A stretch of 64,000 nt of DNA from NCBI GenBank assembly GCA_977862235.1, contig OZ374566.1, positions 868,001 to 932,000 on the forward strand, given 5' to 3'. This document shows, piece by piece, positions 56,230-64,000 of the stretch. Source of the DNA: Dudresnaya verticillata. Taxonomy: Eukaryota. A program made the translations under genes and the position numbers. The notes beneath the pieces are model-generated. The model was not told the origin of the DNA and made no database searches. It saw only the letters and a program-made list of their open reading frames with translations. Position 1 is the stretch's first letter. The number at the start of each line of letters is the position of its first letter.

Positions 56230-56890
56230 TTACTTCGTTCCATCCTCATCATACACAGGTGCTTCGTGGCGCCAGTGATGTACCATTGCTCTCTTAAACG
56301 GCGCAATCGGCTTGATAACCTTTTTCTCGGCTTCTGGCTCCACAACGACGTATTCGAATCCGTTTCGCTCTGCGTACTTCATAGCGGCGTCCTTGTTGGG
56401 AAACGGCATTCCCATGTTAGAGAGAGGATCCCCCGTGCTTGTCCACCCCTTCGCAGTATAAGAATGCAGTTTAGAACTGGTTAGCAGAGCGACCGAAACA
56501 AAACTGGGCGAGACGGTTGGAATCGGCGGTGCCGTCAACCAGGTGCTTACCATTAGCGGGTTCGTCCATCTATCATCACCTTCGATCTTTTCAAACTGCA
56601 TCTTCCACATTTGCGTCAAGCTCCCTCTTCCTTGCTGGGTGGCAACCCTAAACAGGTTGAGGCAATCGAATGGAGAGTATCAGTAATTCGTGTAGAGTAT
56701 CCAAAAATCAAAAGTGAGACGCATGGGGAACGCACTTGGTAGGTTTGTAAATGCGAACACGCCGCGTGGCGTGCTTGTCTGGGATACCGGATAAGACCTT
56801 CACAGTTGGTTCCGATGGTGGGGCAGAGAACGATCGCGACCCACGCGTGATGGCGCGTCTTAGGAAGGCATTGCCCCTAGTGATCGACAT
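56230..56890 (-). CDS. NDUFS4: Mitochondrial complex I subunit NDUFS4 (18 kDa), 3 exons, ~156 aa
   Basis: Exons 56890-56736, 56647-56551, 56448-56230. Introns 56735-56648 (GTGCGT..TAG) and 56550-56449 (GTAAGC..CTAAC..AAG). Splicing restores RRVRIYKPTKVATQQG and RWTNPLMGWTSTGDP. Confidence 0.93.
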
Positions 56891-57697
56891 TACGCCACTG
56901 CCTGAGTTTGAACCAAGCGACACAAAGCGACACAACTTCTGTCGGATCCACCACCTCAGTGATGCAAGCGTGGCCACAGGGTCGTGTCTGTAGCGGTGAC
57001 ACAACAAACGCTCGATTGACCATGCCATCTGTTCCTGCATCTGGGCTCCGATGCTTTGCATCATAACTTGCCGTGGAGAAAATGACGCAAAAAGCTTGAA
57101 AATGTTTGATGTTTTTCCTCAAATAGAAGAGAAGTCCATGTCAGTCCAGCAGAACTGACGCAGAACTGACGGTACCCTTCGTAACCTTCAACGAAAAGCC
57201 TGCCACCCGTGTAGCTGAGATTTTGGAGCGAAATGGCTTTCGAGGCCCACTGCCGGCTGGCCATTCAAAAGAGAGCACGTCGTGCCCCATGTTGTGTTGA
57301 TGAGATGAGCAGAAAAGACAGCCAAGAAGGACGATAGTCTTGACAGGAGTCAAAAGAGAACTACTGGTGCTGGGCGGTTCTGGATTTTTGAATTGGACTT
57401 GTTCTTTTCAGATGATAGTATTAGCCACTTGTTGCCAGAGGATAGAGCCGTCTAGTTTTTGGGATAAGTCGCTTTCTATGTTTATGTTAGTTCACGTATA
57501 TACAGAGTTCGACGAATTACATACATTCTGTAGCACAGTTTGCGGGTGTTCTTCGCATTGAAATGTGCAGCAAAATCGCACATGTCCCATCCCAGACGAA
57601 GATCACTTGAGTCTGACGACTCGCCTTCTTCTATTCGCAGTTGCCGACCAGTTGTGAACCACGCATCACCCCCTGGCCTCAGCCTGTTTGACCTTCT

Positions 57698-58805
57698 TCA
57701 CTTTGCGCTGGTTTTGTCCCGCAGATGCCGGTAGTATCCACGCCGCATGGGATCCTGCGCATTAATCAAATCACACAGTTAGGTCGTCAGCAAGTGGATG
57801 AACTCAGAAGGTTCTCAACGCTACATACATATGGTATGTACGGGCAATCTGATAGTGACGCTCGTGACGTACCAATTTCTCCAGCAACTCTACGGAAGCG
57901 AGGGCTTCAGCACCACGCTCAAGATTGAGCAGCAAATGAACCTTTGTTTGCAGTGCGTATCGAGCTTCTGGTTCTATTGATAGCAGCTCTTCACAAGCTA
58001 CGAGTTCTTCTTCAAGTAGCTCAGCAACCACCACCGCTTTCTTCCCCCTGGCCGGAGCCCCTGCCAGCAGCCATCGATGATAAAACCACGCTGACTGAAC
58101 ATCCGGTTCTGTGTAAAATGCTTGGCGAACAAACCGAAGCTCTTTCGACAGGAACTTTTCTGGGCCATCCAGGTACACTTTTGGGAGCAGGGCACTTCTG
58201 TGATGCCACGCAGAGTAATTCGCGAAGTCCTCATTGATTTTGGTTTCAACGAAGCTTAGCTCTTTTGTCAGTAGCTCGCGTTCTAGGGTAGGACTGTGAG
58301 ACTCGGAAATCGACCTCACTCGCATGCGATGTGCCCATCCATGGAAGTTGCGACAGTCCTTTGACAGCATCATTGCGCTGAGCAGCTCTTCCTTCTCGAT
58401 AGTCTGAGTTATCTTGGCTGTTGAAATGTCGAGCTCTTTGGCTCCATCGCCAAGAAGCCAAAAACGATGTTGCCATGCAGGATAGGACTTCGGATGCCTC
58501 CGAAGTGCGCGCGTTGTTAGCTCCAATTCTGCGTCCCACTGATCATCCACCGAGGCCAGACGCTTCATCTGTGCAACCAATACTTCTCTCCTGTATGCCC
58601 ACAGCGTGTATTCATCTGGATTTGCCTCAAGGGCCCGCTGTACGAGGTCAAAGCCAGTCTTGAAGTCTTTCTCAAACGATGGCTCTAATGGCTTCTTCCG
58701 CACGATCAGGGCTCGCCTGATTAAGTCCGCATGGAACGATGATCTGTCTCTTTCCTGTTGTAGGGCTTCCGGGCTCAGCCGGGCTCCCCTTCTCACTCCG
58801 TGCAT
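57698..58805 (-). CDS. RABGGTA: Rab geranylgeranyltransferase alpha subunit, 2 exons, ~329 aa
   Basis: ATG at 58805 (MHGVRR). PPTA repeats NPDEYTLWAYRR, PKSYPAWQHR, RNFHGWAHR, NYSAWHHR, FYTEPDVQSAWFYHRW. Intron 57872-57755 (GTACGT..CAG) restores the ending LDPMRRGYYRHL. Confidence 0.93.
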
Positions 58806-59453
58806 GTTAACAATAGGGGACCCCTCAGTCCAGATAAATGTTGGAAACCGGCGCTGGGATGAGGAAGGAGGACTAAACAATCAACTAGGTCGCGAAGCAG
58901 ATGAGCGCAAAACGAGTATGAAAGTTGCCAAAGTTGCCCTGTAAATCTGACTAGTTCTATCTGTCAGTTACAACAACAGGAATGACAATTTCGTACATCG
59001 TAAGTCTGGGTCTGTGGTCACGCGTGATGCGCAGCAGTCACACTGCTTCTGCTGGTTTCAACAAGCAAGTCTCACATTGTTGGGCTCGTCTTCTCAGTAT
59101 CGGTTCTGCCTCCACGTGCTCAGAGCTCTAGCATTCGAGGCCCGAACTTGCTTCAGCTGGCCCTCGACAAGACTGAGAACAAGACGTGAGGTACATAGCA
59201 CCAGGGCATCGGTAACGCTTTGGGGCTCTCCAGCGTGGTTCAAGAAAACAAACAACGAGGAAAGCTGTCTTGCTCTGCTGAAGCTGGCTTCCGATGAGCC
59301 CGCAAGTTCGTGGTTATATTCGCCATTTGCAGCTTCCCCCGGCGCTGCAAAAGCATTTCTGAAGCTGTTTTACACAGCGCACCACTTTCATAAGCAATTC
59401 CAATTCCAGGAGATTGCTCACAAAGGCCATAACGGCCTGAGGTTACACTCGCC

Positions 59454-60995
59454 ATGCTGTGGCTAATAATTCTAGGTGTCTTGACTTACGTTTCATATAG
59501 ATTCCTGTACGCTCCGGAACGATCAAATGACAGCGACGCTCGAGGGCACGCCACTGTCCTACCCACGATACCTCCGGTGAAAGTGCCAGACACAACTACG
59601 CTCTCCCCGCGTGATCAAGTTGCTGGGATTGTCGAGAGCTTGGACTGGTGCAATGATATCACTCGCATTTGCTGGCCACATATCGGAAAAATTGTGCAAG
59701 AGCACCTCGCCCCAACAATCGAACCGCTCATAAATCTCTATCTGCCGAAGCCATTCTCCAAGTTCAAGTTTATGAGTGCTGACCTAGGTAAGGACTCGCT
59801 CAAGGTAGACCGAGTCACAGTTCACAAGAGATTCCAGAATTCTATAGCGCTTGTGCTCGATGTGTCCTTCGTTGGCACACCCAACATGTCGATGCGCTGC
59901 GCGCCATTGTATGCTCCGTTTGGTGTTAAGGAATTACGCTGGTCTGGGCGCCTGGCTATTTTGCTCCGTCCGTTGATTACTACTATCCCACTTGTTGGAG
60001 CTGTTCAGGCTGCCTTTATTACACATCCCGAGATTGACATGGACTTCACTGGTATTGCGGAGCTAGCTGAATTTGGTCCTATAGAGAAGATTGTGCGGAA
60101 AGTACTGAAGGAGGTCGTCGCTTCAATGGCCGTGCTTCCGAATCGCTTTCTGTACCAGCTTTCAGACACAGTCGATTTCTTTGATGTGTACACTCCACCA
60201 ATCGGGGTACTTGTTGCGACTATCGAGAAAGGCAAGGGCTTCACGAAGGAGAAGAAGATGGGCTTAATCAAACAAACCCCAGACCTCTACTGTAGAGCTA
60301 CATTCGGTCTTGAAGAAATGAAAACAGATGTACGCATGAATAACCTAGCGCCAGAGTGGGGCGCATCCAAGGCATTCATCCTCTCCGATACGGAACAGCC
60401 CTTTGAGCTCAAGTGCTATGACAAAGACCAGGTTACAAGGGATGACCTTGTGGGGAATTTTGCGATGACTGCGAAGGAGCTCTTGCAGATGGAGAGCGGT
60501 TGGATACCGTTTCGAGGCAAAAGAGACCTAAGCATTGCAGAGCATGGTGAAATTTTCTTAAAAGCCTGCCTCCTTGCTTTTCAGAATCCAGCGCAAACAC
60601 TGCGTGGTCAATGTGTTTTGTCCGTGCTGATAGATCGCGCGACAAACCTTCCGGAAAGTACAAAGGCCTCGGCATGCAAGGCCCGAATTGGTTCTCATGC
60701 CGTCCGAGAAACTCCAGAGATCATCAAACCAGATGAGTCCATGGAAAACATTGACCCCGCGAACCCGGTCTGGAACTTCAGTTTCGATATTATTTGCGAA
60801 GAAGTGTCTCAAGCAGATGTTGTTCTGGAAGTTGTCGAGGGCCGCAGGGTTTTGGGGAGAGTGACAATCAATGCAGGCGAGGTAGAAGAAGCTGCAAACC
60901 ACACGAAGGAAGGCTATTTCCCTCTTGGGAATCGCGCTCAGCTTAGAGCCAAGGTTGTTCTGCGTGGGCTTGTGCCGGAGAAGCTTACCTTTTAG
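59454..60995 (+). CDS. Synaptotagmin/extended-synaptotagmin-like protein (TM + SMP + 2 C2)
   Basis: N-terminal TM. SMP domain (ESLDWCNDITRICWPHI..LRPLITTIPLVGAVQ..VLPNR), C2 domain (PIGVLVATIEKG..TPDLY..YDKDQVTRDDLVG) and a second C2 (VLSVLIDRATNLP..NPVWN). Confidence 0.9.
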   Translation: MLWLIILGVLTYVSYRFLYAPERSNDSDARGHATVLPTIPPVKVPDTTTLSPRDQVAGIVESLDWCNDITRICWPHIGKIVQEHLAPTIEPLINLYLPKPFSKFKFMSADLGKDSLKVDRVTVHKRFQNSIALVLDVSFVGTPNMSMRCAPLYAPFGVKELRWSGRLAILLRPLITTIPLVGAVQAAFITHPEIDMDFTGIAELAEFGPIEKIVRKVLKEVVASMAVLPNRFLYQLSDTVDFFDVYTPPIGVLVATIEKGKGFTKEKKMGLIKQTPDLYCRATFGLEEMKTDVRMNNLAPEWGASKAFILSDTEQPFELKCYDKDQVTRDDLVGNFAMTAKELLQMESGWIPFRGKRDLSIAEHGEIFLKACLLAFQNPAQTLRGQCVLSVLIDRATNLPESTKASACKARIGSHAVRETPEIIKPDESMENIDPANPVWNFSFDIICEEVSQADVVLEVVEGRRVLGRVTINAGEVEEAANHTKEGYFPLGNRAQLRAKVVLRGLVPEKLTF

Positions 60996-61133
60996 TACGG
61001 ACGGTCCCATTCATTCTACTATATTGTGCCAGTCAATCTAACTGGCATTGAATGGGGGATGATTGTAGCCGTCATCAGCACGCATATTTAGCATTCCTTT
61101 CAAAGACATGCGATACACGTAACCAGCTCATGT

Positions 61134-61916
61134 TTATTCCGGTTTCTTTTCAGGCTGTTCAAGCTGAACAGCGTCCTTCGGCCTTGTACCTTCAGGGAAT
61201 ACCTCCCATGGGGTTGAGTAGTCAAAACTGCGATATTCCTGGGCGATCTCGACTGGCTCCGTAACAACACGTTTCTCAGTGTCATCGTACCTGACCTCGA
61301 CATAGCCCGAAAGCGGAAAGTCCTTGCGCTGCGGATGTCCCTCGAAACCATAATCAGTGAGAATGCGGCGCATATCTGGATGGCTGTGGAAAAAGACACC
61401 GTACATGTCCCAAACCTCACGCTCAAACCAGTCGGCGCCCTTGTAGATCTTGGTAGCAGACTCGAGCGGGGTGATCTCGTCAACATAAGTCTGGACGCGG
61501 ATGCGAGCGTTGAATCGGGTTGAGAGCAAGTTGTACACGACGCGGAAGCGCTGCGCGAGCTCTGGATAGTCTACAGCGGTACATTGGATGAATCCCTTGA
61601 ACTGGGCGGAAGAATGCAACTTCAGGAAGCGCATGACGCGCACTGTATCATCATGCGGGACCTCTAGCACCATCTCGGCACCCCCGGCAGAGTTTGCGCT
61701 CTGGATGCGCGCGGCAGTGACGGAGGCCGGGAGCATCTCAACGACTGACGCCATGAAGGCCTTCTGCTGCTCTAGCATGGGGTTCTGCGGTGCGGCGGCG
61801 GCGGCAGACTCCGACGCAGTGCACATTGGTCGGAGAGCTGAGGCACGTGGTGATGCATTGGTCGGGAGGGCGTAGAGACGAGCAGCGGCTCTCCTCAGGG
61901 CCATGATCCTGTTCAT
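61134..61916 (-). CDS. NDUFS3: Mitochondrial complex I 30 kDa subunit NDUFS3 (nad9 orthologue), nuclear-encoded
   Basis: ATG at 61916 ([14 protein letters not shown], presequence). [53 protein letters not shown]. Confidence 0.96.
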   Translation of the reverse strand: MNRIMALRRAAARLYALPTNASPRASALRPMCTASESAAAAAPQNPMLEQQKAFMASVVEMLPASVTAARIQSANSAGGAEMVLEVPHDDTVRVMRFLKLHSSAQFKGFIQCTAVDYPELAQRFRVVYNLLSTRFNARIRVQTYVDEITPLESATKIYKGADWFEREVWDMYGVFFHSHPDMRRILTDYGFEGHPQRKDFPLSGYVEVRYDDTEKRVVTEPVEIAQEYRSFDYSTPWEVFPEGTRPKDAVQLEQPEKKPE

Positions 61917-62070
61917 TGCACGTTGGTGACGATATGAAAGGTTGTGGTGACGGATGCGAGCACCGTATCGGTGCTCAGTCCGACGTGATTCCTTCCTCGA
62001 AAGTTGAGGCGGATGCGAGCGAGGCCAGATATGAGCGAGGTCGGGTGTTGTGACCGGTTCCCTACAGCTG

Positions 62071-62116
62071 CGGGTCCAAGATGGATCGCACCGGGTCCAA
62101 GATGGATCGCACCGGG
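62071..62116. repeat. Perfect 21-bp tandem duplication
   Basis: CGGGTCCAAGATGGATCGCAC at 62071-62091 and 62092-62112, followed by a partial CGGG. Confidence 0.95.
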
Positions 62117-62720
62117 GTGAAATTGGCACTGGTTCGAGCGGAGAAACTCGGGAAATGGCGACCAATAGCTTACAGTACCTTCCTCTGTAACGTTCTCTAA
62201 TTGTACACGTTGCCAGTCGAACACGTTGGATCGTGGTACACGTTTCAATAGGGAGTGTGAGAAATCCTGTGAGATGAATGAATGGTCGGACGAAAAAAGA
62301 CGGACAAAGAGGTGTCAAGACCATTGCCCTCCCCCGCAGATTCCACTTCTGCGCAAGGCAGCAGTCGACAAGGCGGACGAGTTTCGGGAGTTCCAATGCG
62401 CGCAGGGCTGAGGTCGACCGTATCTGAAGGACGCATCATCCAATTAAGGCGACGCGCTCATGCACAACGCCTGGTTGGCCGTATCTCCTAGCTACGCTGC
62501 AGCAACCCGCCGTGATAATTAATATTTGCGCTACCCAACCGTCTACGTGCCGAGCTTCCACAGCCTACCCCCAAGAGCCAAGCCATTAATCTAAGGTCGC
62601 CGCAAGTCACGCAACTGGCTCTCGCACCAGAGCTTACCCGCCCTCTTCCGCGCCCAGTGCGCAGGTACCATCGCCTTCAGCAGGTTCGCCCCCACCTCGT
62701 CAACGAAGACAACCTCCACA

Positions 62721-64000
62721 ATGCCATCCCGCGTCACAATAACCCCACGGGAGAACGGCGTTTCGGTCCTGAAATTCACCAACCCGCCGGTAAACGCCCT
62801 CTCGTCCACCCTACAAGCAGAGATAACCGCCGCACTTCGTACTCTCCTGAGCAACCCATCCACTAGGGCAATCGTGCTCCACGGGGTAGGCTCTCCCGGA
62901 TTCTTCTCGTCAGGTGCGGATGTGTCCGAGTTTGCATCCTTCGCGTCGTCAGGCGCAACCTTTTCGCGCGACGCAAATTGGTGCTACGAGGGCGCAGAGG
63001 ACGGCCGCGTCCCGGTCGTCGCCGCTGTGGATGGCATCTGCTTCGGCGGCGCGCTGGAGCTTGCGCTATGCTGTGCTGGCCGCGTTGCCACCCACACCTC
63101 CTCCTTCTCGCTTCCCGAGCTCAAACTTGGCATCATCCCCGGCCTCGGCGGCACGCAACGCCTCCCCCGCGTCGTCGGTTTTGAGAAGGCTGTCGCAATG
63201 ATGCTCACGTCTGCCGTACTCCCCGCACACGCCGCCCAAGAAGCTGGACTGGTTGACGTCGTTGTTGATCGCGACGTCGTTGCTGCTGCCGTGCAGCTTG
63301 CGACACAGCTTGCGGATGGTTCTGTGCGTCGCATGAAGAACCTCGACAGGGCTGACCGTCTTGAACACTATCAAAAATGTGAGCAGTTTGCATCGCAGAT
63401 GAAGAATGGACTCGTCTCGAAGCTCTCTAAGGGTGGGCGCCTGCCGCAGTATGAGGCTCTTATTGATGTTGCTTTGTACGGCGCCAAGCACGGCGGTCGA
63501 AGAGGACTGAAAGAAGAAGCACGGATCTTTATGCACCTGCTCAAGTCGCCTGAGTCTCTTGGTACTATCCATATGTTCTTCGCGACGCGCCAGACATCGA
63601 AGGTAACCATACCCAGTGATCCTGGCCCTAAGGAAAAAGGCGCTCCAGCGAACAAGGTAGGAATTATCGGAGGAGGGCTCATGGGGGCTGGGATCGCCGC
63701 TGCGATGCTATTGGCTAAGATTCCCGTAGTCATTAAGGAGTTGAATGAAAAGTTTGCCATTGGAGCGATGAAGAGGGTTGAGAGGAATCTAGGAGAAAGG
63801 GGAAAGGCCAAAATGGCTTTGCTACAAGTTACAACAAAGTATAAGGCCCTTGCCGACGTGAATATCGTCATAGAGGCTGCTCTAGAAAACCCAAAGTTGA
63901 AGCAAGACATCTTTGCCGAGTTAGAAACGAATTGCCGTCCCGACTGCATTCTGGCCACCAACACCTCAACAATCAATCTTGACCTCATAGGAATGGGGGC
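62721..64000 (+). CDS. Fatty-acid beta-oxidation multifunctional protein (enoyl-CoA hydratase + 3-hydroxyacyl-CoA dehydrogenase; MFP2/AIM1/FadB-like), 3' end runs off the window
   Basis: Absent from the track; translated by hand from ATG 62721. NPPVNALS, FSSGADVSEF, GGALELAL, LPELKLGIIPGLGGTQRLPR, VGIIGGGLMGAGIA, VIEAALEN, LATNTSTI. Confidence 0.95.
   Translation, partial: MPSRVTITPRENGVSVLKFTNPPVNALSSTLQAEITAALRTLLSNPSTRAIVLHGVGSPGFFSSGADVSEFASFASSGATFSRDANWCYEGAEDGRVPVVAAVDGICFGGALELALCCAGRVATHTSSFSLPELKLGIIPGLGGTQRLPRVVGFEKAVAMMLTSAVLPAHAAQEAGLVDVVVDRDVVAAAVQLATQLADGSVRRMKNLDRADRLEHYQKCEQFASQMKNGLVSKLSKGGRLPQYEALIDVALYGAKHGGRRGLKEEARIFMHLLKSPESLGTIHMFFATRQTSKVTIPSDPGPKEKGAPANKVGIIGGGLMGAGIAAAMLLAKIPVVIKELNEKFAIGAMKRVERNLGERGKAKMALLQVTTKYKALADVNIVIEAALENPKLKQDIFAELETNCRPDCILATNTSTINLDLIGMG

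Noticed and set aside
8974..58805. NMT, NAA50 and RabGGTA as a protein-modification cluster
   Set aside because: They are spread over 50 kb among unrelated housekeeping genes, consistent with chance.
61134..61916. Nuclear nad9 as a novel organelle-to-nucleus transfer
   Set aside because: Absence of nad9 from red algal mitochondrial genomes is established, so a nuclear copy with a presequence is expected.

Overview
Gene-dense eukaryotic nuclear DNA, not prokaryotic. It most likely comes from a multicellular red alga (inference). The support is that most genes lack introns, the few introns are short GT-AG ones (88-128 nt) with CTAAC/CTGAC branch points, plastid transit peptides begin with an 'AF' motif, nad9/NDUFS3 is nuclear, and RPB1 has a degenerate CTD. 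I support 24 protein-coding genes. Several are missed or truncated by the ORF track because they are spliced or run off the window edge: a DxD glycosyltransferase, a kinase with C-terminal ankyrin repeats, an 88-aa plastid protein, PEX12, NDUFS4, RabGGT-alpha and a beta-oxidation multifunctional protein. Most genes are housekeeping. The best leads are (i) a predicted myristoylated EF-hand/Raf-like kinase/ankyrin fusion lying head-to-head with NMT, (ii) a gene-sparse island with two secreted metallo-beta-lactamase-fold paralogues and an alpha/beta hydrolase, (iii) a rewritten RPB1 CTD with heptad and octad blocks, (iv) a hidden plastid microprotein, (v) a stop-free in-frame intron in NDUFS4 and (vi) a hairpin-ACA RNA candidate. 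I found no CRISPR array, rRNA, confident tRNA or intact transposon. I cannot establish a previously undescribed system from sequence alone.
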